Source: an uncultured Bdellovibrionales bacterium | GTDB lineage: Bacteria > Bdellovibrionota_C > UBA2361 > CAIXSY01 | NCBI GenBank assembly: GCA_964510065.1 | Contig: CAZEAC010000020.1 | Coordinates: 2,799 to 66,798 of the forward strand | Length of the DNA: 64,000 nt | Direction of reading: 5' to 3' | In this document: one piece after another, positions 16,949 to 26,279 of the stretch | Layout of the letters: every line of letters starts with the position of its first letter | Position numbering within the stretch: the stretch's first letter is position 1 | Notes under the pieces: model-generated | Told to the model about the DNA's origin: nothing | What the model saw: the letters and a program-made list of their open reading frames with translations, nothing else | The model's database searches: none | Made by a program: the position numbers and the translations under genes

Positions 16949-17709
16949 GTCCCGACGAAATTCGCAGTTTTTTGCGGCAGCTTGCCAGGGCAAGTGGCGA
17001 ACTTATCGCCGATTTCTACGGACGGAACTCAGTAGGGGTCGAAATAAAATCGGATGCCACTCCGGTGACGGAGGCCGATCGTGGCGCCGAGAAACTGCTT
17101 CGCGAAATGATTCTTTCAGCCTATCCGCACCATGGGGTAATTGGCGAGGAGCTTGGCCGAATCAACGAGGACTCCGACTATCAGTGGGTCCTCGATCCGA
17201 TTGATGGCACCAAATCTTTTCTCCATCGGGTCCCCCTTTTCGTTACCCTAATCGGACTAATGTATAGAGGCAGACCAATTGCCGGAGCTATCCATCAACC
17301 AATTACGGGAATGCTTTGTATTGGAGCCGATGGGAGTACAACTCTAAATGAAGCGCCCGTGCGAGTGCGTAAGGTGCGCTCGATTCAGGAGGCATCAGTT
17401 TTAAGCTCCGGCTATGAATTTGCAAGGCAGGGATGGGAGTCTGCTGGTTTCACTAAGCTTCGTCAGGAAGCACGAATGTTTCGTACCTGGGGAGACGGCT
17501 ACGGCTACATGCTCGTGGCCAGCGGCATTGCCGATATTATGCTCGACCCGAAGATGGCGATCTGGGATCTCGCGGCGTTAATCCCGGTAATCGAAGGCGC
17601 AGGCGGTACGATTACCGGGTGGGACGGCGGCGATCCATTAAAATCACTTAGTGCAGTCGCAAGCTGCGGCGAGTTTCATAAAGATATAATTGCCCTTTTA
17701 GGAACCTAG
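16945..17709 (+). CDS. inositol monophosphatase family protein (IMPase/HisN-like)
   Basis: TEADRGAE, WVLDPIDGTKSF and WGDGYGYMLVASG motifs. ATGA overlap with the upstream gene. Confidence 0.85.
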   Translation: MSPDEIRSFLRQLARASGELIADFYGRNSVGVEIKSDATPVTEADRGAEKLLREMILSAYPHHGVIGEELGRINEDSDYQWVLDPIDGTKSFLHRVPLFVTLIGLMYRGRPIAGAIHQPITGMLCIGADGSTTLNEAPVRVRKVRSIQEASVLSSGYEFARQGWESAGFTKLRQEARMFRTWGDGYGYMLVASGIADIMLDPKMAIWDLAALIPVIEGAGGTITGWDGGDPLKSLSAVASCGEFHKDIIALLGT

Positions 17710-17762
17710 CCAATATCCCTTCAGCCTACGCGCAAACTTCTTCACAGTAGTCAAAAAAAGAC

Positions 17763-17791
17763 TTGCGCGACTTCCAGTTTTTTTCTATATA
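17763..17791 (+). promoter_or_regulatory. possible sigma-70 promoter upstream of lexA
   Basis: TTGCGC-N17-TATATA, about 105 nt upstream of the lexA ATG. Confidence 0.25.
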
Positions 17792-17896
17792 GTATCCCAA
17801 TGATGGCTCCGCGGCGCTGCTCGAACCTGCAGAGGCGGCGCAACAGAGTACGCCTAAATGGAATGATCAAATGAATACCCCGGAAAGAAGCCGCTC

Positions 17897-18529
17897 ATGA
17901 AATCGAAAGCAGCCCCTATTAAGACAAGTACCCTAGCTCCAGTTCAGAGACAAACCCTTGAATTTCTAAGGACATTTCTTGCTGAAAAGGGCTACGCGCC
18001 CTCATTGAAGGATATCGCCCAATATATCGGAGTCAAATCGCTCTCAACCGCACACTTCCATCTGGAACGGCTAGTCGACAAAGGTTTTATTAAGCGTGGA
18101 GCTGACGGTTCAATTGAGCTTCTTGAGGCGCCAAAGGTCGAGCTAGGACCAACCGCTGTTCCACTCGTAGGAGTAATCGCTGCTGGTATTCCCATAGAGG
18201 CGCTTGAAAATCGTACCATGATCGATCTTCCCTCTCGTATGATCGATGGTCGTGGTGAGGTCTTCTGCCTTGAGGTAAGCGGCGATTCGATGATCGATGC
18301 GCATATCTGCGATGGCGATATTGTGGTCGTAAGAAGGCAGGATTCTGCCGACGACGGCGAGATTGTCGTAGCGCTTCTCGATGATGGCTCAGCAACTTTG
18401 AAGACATTTCGGCGATTAAAGAATGGCAAAGTGATGTTGGTGCCGGCCAATCCGACCATGAAGCCTATTACTCTTGATGGCGTGGAGGTTCAGGGTCGGG
18501 TTATTGGGATCCTGCGCGAGCTTCACTAG
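17897..18529 (+). CDS. lexA: LexA repressor
   Basis: N-terminal winged HTH. Ala-Gly cleavage site in VGVIAAGIPIEA. S24 peptidase Ser (SGDSMID) and Lys (ATLKTF). Confidence 0.95.
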   Translation: MKSKAAPIKTSTLAPVQRQTLEFLRTFLAEKGYAPSLKDIAQYIGVKSLSTAHFHLERLVDKGFIKRGADGSIELLEAPKVELGPTAVPLVGVIAAGIPIEALENRTMIDLPSRMIDGRGEVFCLEVSGDSMIDAHICDGDIVVVRRQDSADDGEIVVALLDDGSATLKTFRRLKNGKVMLVPANPTMKPITLDGVEVQGRVIGILRELH

Positions 18530-18576
18530 TTTTTAGATGGTATTAACAAATAACATTAAATAATAAGGATGTGATT

Positions 18577-19782
18577 ATGGACCGAGAAGAAATCGAATCG
18601 AATCAAAGCCCAGCCGAGAAAGACAAAGCACTGTCGTCGGCGATTACGCTCCTTGAGCGCCGTTACGGACGTGGGGCAATTATGCAGCTGGGAAGTGCGA
18701 TGAATCAGCAGGTCGATGCCTACTCGTCCGGAAGCCTTGGGCTTGATATCGCGCTCGGCATTGGCGGACTTCCCAAGGGTAGGATTTCGGAAATTTACGG
18801 CCCCGAGTCTTCTGGTAAAACCACTCTTGCGCTCCATACCGCCGCCGAGGTTCAGAAGAAAGGTGGGACAGTCGTTTATATCGACGCCGAGCACGCACTT
18901 GATGTTACTTATGCAAGAAAGTTGGGCGTTGATACTACCAAGCTACTGGTGAGTCAGCCCGATTGCGGTGAGCAGGCGTTTGAGATCTGCGAAGCCTTAA
19001 TTCAGTCCGGATCTGTTGATCTGATTGTTATCGATTCAGTAGCGGCGCTTGTGCCTAAAGCCGAAATTGAAGGTGAGATGGAAGATCAGCAACCAGGCAT
19101 GCAGGCGCGCCTCATGAGCAAAGCTCTTCGAAAGTTGACTGCTGTTTCGGCGAAGTCGGGCTGCGCAATTCTCTTTATTAACCAGATCCGTATGAAAATT
19201 GGGGTGATGTTCGGTTCACCAGAAACTACGGCCGGCGGTAATGCGCTTAAATTTTACGCGTCTGTACGGCTTGATGTGCGGAGAATTGGTTCGCTTAAGG
19301 AGGGCGCCGAGGCGGAAGTTCACGGCTCAAGGGTGCGTGTAAAAGTAGTAAAGAACAAAGTAGCACCGCCTTTCCGCGAAGCGGAGTTCGATGTTATATT
19401 TAACGAAGGCATCAGCCGTATTGGTGAAACGATAGATATCGGCGTTGAGAAGGGAATCATCGACAAAGCCGGTGCCTGGTACTCCTTTAGGGGCGAGAGA
19501 CTTGGACAGGGCCGAGAGGGCACCAAGCTATTCCTCAAGGAGCATCCCGAAGTAGCCGAAGAGATCTCGCGTCTTATAATGTCGACTATTGGTATTGAGT
19601 CGACTGGCATTGAGACGGCAACAGGTCAGGGTGGTACCCCCCAGGGAGCAATCGCTGCAAGCTCGGCTTCAGTGAGCACATCAACTATTACGCTCGAGAA
19701 AAGCGTGGCTGAGCCTGCGGCTAAAACGAAAGGGAGTCCAAAGAAGCGCGCTGAACTAAACGGCGAAGCCGCGCATAATTAA
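18577..19782 (+). CDS. recA: recombinase RecA with extended C-terminal tail
   Basis: Walker [10 protein letters not shown], then [22 protein letters not shown] and [40 protein letters not shown] 18577 lies 8 nt after AAGGA; the track ORF begins at GTG 18571. Confidence 0.97.
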   Translation: MDREEIESNQSPAEKDKALSSAITLLERRYGRGAIMQLGSAMNQQVDAYSSGSLGLDIALGIGGLPKGRISEIYGPESSGKTTLALHTAAEVQKKGGTVVYIDAEHALDVTYARKLGVDTTKLLVSQPDCGEQAFEICEALIQSGSVDLIVIDSVAALVPKAEIEGEMEDQQPGMQARLMSKALRKLTAVSAKSGCAILFINQIRMKIGVMFGSPETTAGGNALKFYASVRLDVRRIGSLKEGAEAEVHGSRVRVKVVKNKVAPPFREAEFDVIFNEGISRIGETIDIGVEKGIIDKAGAWYSFRGERLGQGREGTKLFLKEHPEVAEEISRLIMSTIGIESTGIETATGQGGTPQGAIAASSASVSTSTITLEKSVAEPAAKTKGSPKKRAELNGEAAHN

Positions 19783-19808
19783 TCCCTTGCTATGTGCATT
19801 GAAGAGCT

Positions 19809-20831
19809 GTGATCTTCGGTTGGGGCGTCGGAGATCACCTCTTCAATACGATTTTTCGCGACGACGCATACCCCAAAAAGCAGGTACTTGCCCTTGACAC
19901 GACCCGATTCTCTCTCCATGTTGGGGGGATGTTAATTCGAGCGACCGGACCTGTCGACGAAGGTCTTGTACTTATTACATTAGGGCAGAGCTGCTTCTGT
20001 CTCGCCGGAAGCCCTGAAGCATACACTCTAATTGACTGCGGAACGACTGCCCATCTTCAGGGGTTGGAAGCACGGCTTATCGAGCTTGGCATTAAAGCCA
20101 CTTCGATAAAACAAATTCTCCTCACCAACGGCTCGGGGCCACGTGCCGGCGCAGTATTCGCCCTCGCATCCAAGCTTCCGCATGCTCAAATCCTTCTCTC
20201 CTCGCCAATCCGCGAAATTCTTGCCCAAGACGCCGAACTCGCGGCCGAGGATAAGAGATTATCAAGCCTTTTTAAGGACGGCGCCAGCATTGTTGCAAGC
20301 CAGCCGGTTGTAGAACACGAGAAAATTCTCAAGCGAGTAGAGATTATGCCCGAGACCGGAGTATTTGCTCTCGCCAACTCCTCGCCGGCGCAGGTTTTTG
20401 CGGCGCCAGGGTATACCACAACATCACTCGCCTATTTTCTCCCGGGGAACGCTGCACTTATTACTGATCAGGGCCTCGGCTATTACCGTGCAAGAAGTCC
20501 AGTTGCTCCGGGGGCAAATGCCGGAATAGACCTCGCTCTTTCGACCATTGCCAAGCTTTGTAACATCCCAGCGAAATTTCTTATGCTGCCCTATCTGGGC
20601 ACTCTCTCCGGAGCCCTCGTGAAGCGTTTTTTCAAGGAGGGACGCGAAACTTTAGAGACACTTCGTGCTGAGACGTCGCGTGCGAAAGCCGAAGGAATCT
20701 CGGACGAAGATTGCATCTCGCAGATATCCGACTTTTACTATCGTCCCGAGTCCAGCGACCCACTACTCTGCGAACTTCTTGAGCAGAGTCGGAAGAAACT
20801 CCTCATACAGCTGGGACTTCACGCGGAATGA
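19809..20831 (+). CDS. metallo-beta-lactamase-fold-like protein lacking the HxHxDH motif
   Basis: YTLIDCGTTAHLQGLEARLIELGI...ILLTNGSGPRAGAV aligns to the MBL pattern xxLTHxHxDHxGG, with all four metal ligands replaced. GTG start. Confidence 0.55.
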   Translation: MIFGWGVGDHLFNTIFRDDAYPKKQVLALDTTRFSLHVGGMLIRATGPVDEGLVLITLGQSCFCLAGSPEAYTLIDCGTTAHLQGLEARLIELGIKATSIKQILLTNGSGPRAGAVFALASKLPHAQILLSSPIREILAQDAELAAEDKRLSSLFKDGASIVASQPVVEHEKILKRVEIMPETGVFALANSSPAQVFAAPGYTTTSLAYFLPGNAALITDQGLGYYRARSPVAPGANAGIDLALSTIAKLCNIPAKFLMLPYLGTLSGALVKRFFKEGRETLETLRAETSRAKAEGISDEDCISQISDFYYRPESSDPLLCELLEQSRKKLLIQLGLHAE

Positions 20832-21877
20832 AGATCGTCTTTCTGCATACCAAAGGAACGCCACTATTTCATTCGATACTTGAGGCCCGTCCTCTCGGCG
20901 GCACTGAGACCGGAGTGGTTCGGCTTGCCGAAGAGCTTCAAAAGCTTGGTCATTGGGTCGCCGTCCTTTCACCCATTGAGAACTCAGCTCTTTCAGAAGT
21001 GTTGTATCTTCCACTTCATGCGATGCAGGATCTGGGCACAGTAGATCTGCTGATCGTAATCCGTGATTGGCAGGCCTTGCACTTTCCGATTAAAGCGAAG
21101 AGACGATTTCTATGGACTGGAGACTCCTACGACCAGATACTAAACGTCGGAATCGGAGACCCGCGCGTTATCAAACAGATCGACCGCTTGCTTACGGTGA
21201 GCGATTGGCATACTCAAACTCTCTGCGAGGCTTCGGGATTTCCTCAAGAAAAAGCATTTAATCTTGGCTACGGAGTACGGCTAGCTTTGTTCCAAGGTGG
21301 CGAGCAGCGCGTTCGCAAACGCCTGATCTATACTTCGACTCCGTTCAGAGGACTTGAGTTGCTCATACCGCTCATGCAAGAGCTCTCGCCACGCCATCCC
21401 GACCTAGAACTCCATGTCTTCAGCTCATTTGACGTGTACAAGGGCGCAGGCGTTCAAGATGACACCGTGGCACGTTACGCGCCGGTCTTTGACGAGCTTC
21501 GAGCCCTCAGGGGAGTATGGCTACGCGGAAGCGTTCTGCAAAGTGTGCTTGCTCGTGAGCTGATGAAAGCTTCAATATTTGCCTACCCGAATACCTTTGA
21601 AGAGACCTGCTGTATTGCCGCGATGGAAGCAATGGCGGCGGGCTGTGCTTTGGTGAGCAGCGCCTTTGGCGCCCTCCCCGATACTATCGGCGACGCGGGA
21701 GTTCTGCTCAAAGAAAGGCCAGGAAGCACGGAATATATCGCTCACTTTATTAGAGAAACGGAACACTTGCTTATCGATGACAATGCTTGCGAAGCGCTCT
21801 CGCGAAAGAGTCTTGAGCGCGCAAGAGTGTTCGATTGGAGCGAAACGGCAAAAAGGTTGCTTTCGCTCACCAATTAA
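20828..21877 (+). CDS. glycosyltransferase family 4
   Basis: N-terminal GGTETGVVRLAEEL. C-terminal EX7E region FEETCCIAAMEAMAAGCALVSS. ATGA overlap with the upstream gene. Confidence 0.85.
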   Translation: MKIVFLHTKGTPLFHSILEARPLGGTETGVVRLAEELQKLGHWVAVLSPIENSALSEVLYLPLHAMQDLGTVDLLIVIRDWQALHFPIKAKRRFLWTGDSYDQILNVGIGDPRVIKQIDRLLTVSDWHTQTLCEASGFPQEKAFNLGYGVRLALFQGGEQRVRKRLIYTSTPFRGLELLIPLMQELSPRHPDLELHVFSSFDVYKGAGVQDDTVARYAPVFDELRALRGVWLRGSVLQSVLARELMKASIFAYPNTFEETCCIAAMEAMAAGCALVSSAFGALPDTIGDAGVLLKERPGSTEYIAHFIRETEHLLIDDNACEALSRKSLERARVFDWSETAKRLLSLTN

Positions 21878-22967
21878 GGCGAACATACACAAGCGCATGA
21901 TCCGATGCGTAACGTGGCTCGTACAACACACCACTATCATAATCCCCATTTCCGTCGTGCGTCGTGTTTGCAAAGCGCAATGATTCACTAGGCATCAAGA
22001 TTTCATCAAGCCACGAGTATATATTTTTATACATAAAGGTTCCAAACTGCCTCTTGGTCTGAGGATCGAGCGTAAGCACGCTAAAGAGCAGCTGATTCAT
22101 TGAAACTCCAGCCTGACAGAGCGGAATGCCGCGCTTACTTAGACGGCACTGCCCTTCCCCCTGAAAATTCTTGAGAGTCAAGACACCTTCTAATATTTTT
22201 GCGCTCGCGAGATCAAAGTTCGCATTCCTATCACCAAGCAGGATCACGATACTTTCCCCGGACGTGAACGCCTTGGAATGCCGACTCTCGACCACTCGAC
22301 GCAGTGCCTCGGCCATCTCCATCCTGTAAGTTTCCCACTCAAGTCCAGTTGGATCGCCCTGTCCACCGGCTTGGGATTTGAAATGAAATGTCACCAAGCT
22401 CACGGTTTTAGCAAAAGACTCGCCGCGTGGTTTTACGTTGAGCTGGATCTCGAGCGGCCCTCGCGAGAAATATCGCGGCTTCTCTTTCGCCGTGAGCTTC
22501 GGAAGCTCGACACCCACGTAAGAAACACTATTAACAATATCCGCGCGATCTTTTGCGACAAGAAACCCGACACGCAGCAATTTGTCATTACTAGGCCCTG
22601 CCTTTACCTCGAAAAATCGATTGCTCCTCTTTCGGAGCGCAAGCGCCAGTTGAGTAAGCGCGACGTTTCCGTCATCCTCAGTTTTACCAAGAAGTTCTTG
22701 TACCGCAATTACATCGCATTCTGCCTTAATAAATCGCTGCACGAGCCCTTTTTCTTTATCAGCAAGGAGGCCAGCAGTAATTTTTTGATCGCGCCGCTGT
22801 ACGTCGCGAAGAACTCCGTAATTCTCGAGGTTTTGGCTACATACCGTCAACTCAACTTCGCCACGCGGATCAACGTTGACTTCACCGGTTTGTACCCGGG
22901 TTTGCGCAGAGGCGATCGTGACAAAGCAAATCGGAACCGCAAGAATGATCTTCAAAAATCTAATCAC
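21867..22967 (-). CDS. secreted endonuclease/exonuclease/phosphatase (EEP) family protein
   Basis: Signal peptide (ILAVPICFVTIASAQT). EEP motifs SQNLENY, VIAVQEL, LLGDRNANF and SDHALVYVRLNW. Confidence 0.8.
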   Translation of the reverse strand: MIRFLKIILAVPICFVTIASAQTRVQTGEVNVDPRGEVELTVCSQNLENYGVLRDVQRRDQKITAGLLADKEKGLVQRFIKAECDVIAVQELLGKTEDDGNVALTQLALALRKRSNRFFEVKAGPSNDKLLRVGFLVAKDRADIVNSVSYVGVELPKLTAKEKPRYFSRGPLEIQLNVKPRGESFAKTVSLVTFHFKSQAGGQGDPTGLEWETYRMEMAEALRRVVESRHSKAFTSGESIVILLGDRNANFDLASAKILEGVLTLKNFQGEGQCRLSKRGIPLCQAGVSMNQLLFSVLTLDPQTKRQFGTFMYKNIYSWLDEILMPSESLRFANTTHDGNGDYDSGVLYEPRYASDHALVYVRLNW

Positions 22968-23638
22968 AGTCGTTCCGCCGAAATTACAATCCTTCGCTGA
23001 GCTCGCCTGCCCGAAAGCCCGCGCCTCTGTGCGCGACGGCGTGAGCGGCGCTCCCTTGAATCGAAAAACTCCTCTATCGAGACTTCAGCTCGTAGCGCTG
23101 AGCTTATCCAACTTACCCCTACGCTTCCAAGAAGCACGGCGTCGGCAATATCCTGGTGCCGTTTTAGTGCACGCGCATCGGTGACAAATCCAAGCCGAGA
23201 GAGGTCGCCCGCAAAAAGGGTCGATACTAGCCTCACTGCGATTTCTTTCACCTGCTTCCGCTCAAGCTGCCTTCCTCTGAGGCCCATTACCTCATGATGT
23301 ACCGATCGGGGGTTAATCCGCCCAGGAACACAAACCCCCCTTGTCCGTGCAAGTGTTTCAAAAATACCGCGCACCTGCTCAACACAAAACGCAGCACGCG
23401 GGTCACGCATCGTAGTCGGCGCCTCGCACACCAAAACATCGTTAACACCAAGCCGGAGAGCCTCGAACACATCTGCTATTTTTTTCTGTAAATCGAGCAG
23501 CCGCCGCGCCATAGGCGCTTCGGGACTAAGCGATGCGATCTTTCCCACGGCCTCTAGTCTATTGGAATTAATGGAAAAAACAGCCCAGCCGGAAAGGGTC
23601 AGGCTCGGATCAACCGCGATGACACGTCTTGTAACCAT
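22964..23638 (-). CDS. RuvC-like Holliday-junction resolvase family protein with Arg-rich C-terminal tail
   Basis: VIAVDPSLTLSGWAV (Asp), LVCEAPT (Glu) and HQDIADAVLLG (Asp-x-x-Asp) fit the RuvC tetrad. The tail is RERRSRRRAQRRGLSGRRAQRR. Start set at ATG 23638; the track uses TTG 23662. Confidence 0.55.
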   Translation of the reverse strand: MVTRRVIAVDPSLTLSGWAVFSINSNRLEAVGKIASLSPEAPMARRLLDLQKKIADVFEALRLGVNDVLVCEAPTTMRDPRAAFCVEQVRGIFETLARTRGVCVPGRINPRSVHHEVMGLRGRQLERKQVKEIAVRLVSTLFAGDLSRLGFVTDARALKRHQDIADAVLLGSVGVSWISSALRAEVSIEEFFDSRERRSRRRAQRRGLSGRRAQRRIVISAERL

Positions 23639-23738
23639 CGACCCTATATTATAGGCTAACAACCCTTTGGACCATGAGGATTCGACATTTAGCCAACGAC
23701 TTTTTTTACTTCATTCCCCATTAAAACGTAATTGAAAT

Positions 23739-24764
23739 ATGATGTTAGGAACTGAGTCCACCTACGGGGCCTCGATAGGAAACCACACCACTATGGATCA
23801 CGAACTTGTTGCCCGGCTCTACCGCGAAATGATTCGGATTCGTCGCTTCGAAGAGGAGGCCGCACGGCTTTATACTGAACGGAAGATTGGGGGTTTTCTT
23901 CACCTCTATATCGGACAGGAAGCCGTCGCAGTCGGCGCTATCTCAGTCCTTGAGCCGCAGGACTGTGTGATGACAGCGTACCGCTGCCATGGCCACTATC
24001 TCGCTCGTGGCGGAGATTCGCGCGCTGGCATGGCTGAACTACTTGGCAAAGAGGGCGGCTGCGTCAAGGGGCGTGGGGGCTCGATGCATTTTTTTGATAT
24101 CGAGAGGAAATTTTACGGAGGATGGGGAATTGTTGGCGCGCAGATCCCGCTCGCCGCAGGTCTGGCATTCGGCGAGAAATACAAGGATTCAAATGCCGTG
24201 GTGATCTGCTTCATGGGAGATGGTGCAGTCAACATTGGCGCCTTCCACGAGGGACTATCCCTCGCCGCGCTTTGGAAGCTTCCAGTTGTTTATGTCATCG
24301 AGAATAATCACTACGCGATGGGAACCCCGCTCGCAAAAACAGCGCCGAGCGAGGATCTATCGATTCGTGCATTAGGGTATCCAATGGCTCGCGCGACTTT
24401 CGACGGCCATGATGTCTTCGCCACACGCGCCGCCGTACACACTGCGGTGCGACGTGCACGAGAGCAGAAACTTCCGACACTCCTTGAAGCGAAGACCTAT
24501 CGTTACCGTGGCCATTCAATGGCCGATCCGGCGAAGTACCGTACCGAAGAAGATGTAAATGAGTGGAAGTCGCGTGATCCAATTAAGACCCTAGGCGAGA
24601 AACTCGACGATCTCGGGTGTAAAGAGCTTCGTGAGAAGATTCAGGCCGATATCGAAGCCGAGATAAATGATGCGGTCGCTTTTGCTGAACAGTCACCGTT
24701 TCCCGCGCCTGAGTCCGCGCTTGAATACGGTTATGTCGACAATGAAAAGATGAAAGAGGTCTAG
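23739..24764 (+). CDS. pdhA: pyruvate dehydrogenase E1 component, alpha subunit
   Basis: TPP motif GDGAVNIGAFHEGLSLAALWKLPVVYVIENNHYAMGT. YRYRGHSMADP phospho-loop. Confidence 0.9.
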   Translation: MMLGTESTYGASIGNHTTMDHELVARLYREMIRIRRFEEEAARLYTERKIGGFLHLYIGQEAVAVGAISVLEPQDCVMTAYRCHGHYLARGGDSRAGMAELLGKEGGCVKGRGGSMHFFDIERKFYGGWGIVGAQIPLAAGLAFGEKYKDSNAVVICFMGDGAVNIGAFHEGLSLAALWKLPVVYVIENNHYAMGTPLAKTAPSEDLSIRALGYPMARATFDGHDVFATRAAVHTAVRRAREQKLPTLLEAKTYRYRGHSMADPAKYRTEEDVNEWKSRDPIKTLGEKLDDLGCKELREKIQADIEAEINDAVAFAEQSPFPAPESALEYGYVDNEKMKEV

Positions 24765-24768
24765 AGAG

Positions 24769-25758
24769 ATGAGCATGCGAGAAATTCCAATTCGAGACGC
24801 ACTTCGTGAAGCAATGACCGAGGAAATGATCCTCGACCCCAATGTCGTGCTAATCGGCGAGGAGGTTGGCGCATACAATGGCGCATATAAATGTTCACGC
24901 GGCATGCTCGATCAGTTTGGGCCAAAGCGGGTAATAGATGCACCAATTGCTGAAGGCGGCTTTGCCGGTGTGGGCATCGGCGCCGCGATGGTCGGAGTTC
25001 GACCGATTATCGAGTTCATGACCTTTAACTTTTCTCTAGTTGCCATCGATCAGTTAATTAATACCGCGGCAAAGGCGCGGCTTATGTCGGCGGGACAGCT
25101 TTCAGTGCCAATCGTATTTCGTGGTGCTGGCGGAGCGGCATATCAGCTCGGCGCACAACACGCGAATTCGTTTGAGCATTTCTACGCTTACACTCCTGGC
25201 CTTAAGGTAATTTGCCCTTCTACTCCCTACGATATGAAGGGACTCCTCAAGAGCGCAATCCGAGACGACGATCCGGTGGTATTCTTTGAATCTGAGCTCA
25301 CTTATAGTTTAAAGGGGGAAGTACCAGAAGAGGAATACACCATTCCTATCGGTGTTGCCGATGTAAAACGCGAAGGAACGGATATTACCCTTATTACTTG
25401 GTCGAAGAGCGTATTTCTTACTCTTGATGTAGCCAAGGCGCTCGAAGCCGAGGGAATCTCCGCCGAAGTAATTGATATTCGGACGCTACGTCCGCTGGAT
25501 AAACAGGCTGTTTTGAACTCGGTAGCGAAAACTCACCGTGCGGTCGTCATTCAGGAACAGCATTCAGTATCAAGTTATGGCGCTTACTTAAGTCACTTAA
25601 TTCAGCAGGAGATATTTGACGAACTTGACGCCCCTGTTGGTCTTATTTCAACGCTTGAAGGACCAATGCCCTACTCGAAATCACTCGAAGTAGTACTTAT
25701 GCCATCTAAAGAGCGCTGCATCGCCGGGATTAAAAAGGTACTCGAAGGATGCCGGTAA
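24769..25758 (+). CDS. pdhB: pyruvate dehydrogenase E1 component, beta subunit
   Basis: Transketolase-like pyrimidine-binding and C-terminal domains (RVIDAPIAEGGFAGVGIGAAMVG, DPVVFFE). Sits directly after pdhA. Confidence 0.9.
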   Translation: MSMREIPIRDALREAMTEEMILDPNVVLIGEEVGAYNGAYKCSRGMLDQFGPKRVIDAPIAEGGFAGVGIGAAMVGVRPIIEFMTFNFSLVAIDQLINTAAKARLMSAGQLSVPIVFRGAGGAAYQLGAQHANSFEHFYAYTPGLKVICPSTPYDMKGLLKSAIRDDDPVVFFESELTYSLKGEVPEEEYTIPIGVADVKREGTDITLITWSKSVFLTLDVAKALEAEGISAEVIDIRTLRPLDKQAVLNSVAKTHRAVVIQEQHSVSSYGAYLSHLIQQEIFDELDAPVGLISTLEGPMPYSKSLEVVLMPSKERCIAGIKKVLEGCR

Positions 25759-26279
25759 TTCCGTATAACGGGAAGCCTCCGGTAATCCATGAAAGTGTTT
25801 TCATGGCACCTGACGCGTGGGTTACCGGCGATGTTACGCTTGGTGAGAATTGTTCGCTTTTTTTCGGTGCTGTAGCGCGTGGAGATATCAATCCAGTCAT
25901 TGTCGGCGCCGGCACAAACATTCAGGAAAAGGTTACGTTACACACCTCGCACGGTCTTGGCCCGTGTAGTATCGGATGCAGAGTTACCGTGGGGCATCAT
26001 GCTATAGTTCACGGCTGCACCGTCGAAGACGAGTGTATCATCGGTATGGGTGCCGTACTTCTCGATGGTGCAGTGATAGGCAAACACAGCATCATAGGCG
26101 CACAAGCACTAGTGCCGATGAACATGCGCATTCCGGAAAGTTCACTTGTAGTCGGAGTGCCGGCAAGAGTCGTTCGGAAGATTACCGACGACGAGCGTGT
26201 AAGTATTATTAAATCCGCCGAGTCGTATATCACCACCGGCCAACGCTACAAGAGTTATTTTCAGTCTGCGGCGTTGTGA
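25749..26279 (+). CDS. gamma-class carbonic anhydrase-like hexapeptide-repeat protein
   Basis: Left-handed beta-helix repeats. ARGDINPVIVGAGTNIQEKVTLH and GHHAIVHGC are typical of the YrdA/PaaY family. Confidence 0.85.
   Translation: MPVIPYNGKPPVIHESVFMAPDAWVTGDVTLGENCSLFFGAVARGDINPVIVGAGTNIQEKVTLHTSHGLGPCSIGCRVTVGHHAIVHGCTVEDECIIGMGAVLLDGAVIGKHSIIGAQALVPMNMRIPESSLVVGVPARVVRKITDDERVSIIKSAESYITTGQRYKSYFQSAAL

Noticed and set aside
17710-18576. A canonical SOS (LexA) box upstream of lexA or recA.
   Set aside because: No CTGT-N8-ACAG, CGAAC-N4-GTTCG, TTAC-N3-GTAA or GTTC-N7-GTTC was found. Only a weak AGTC-A7-GACT palindrome and AT-rich direct AACA repeats are present, so no operator is claimed.
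22278-23000. 240-aa plus-strand ORF overlapping the EEP gene.
   Set aside because: The minus strand has the full set of EEP catalytic motifs and a signal peptide. The plus-strand product has no motif and is a typical shadow ORF.
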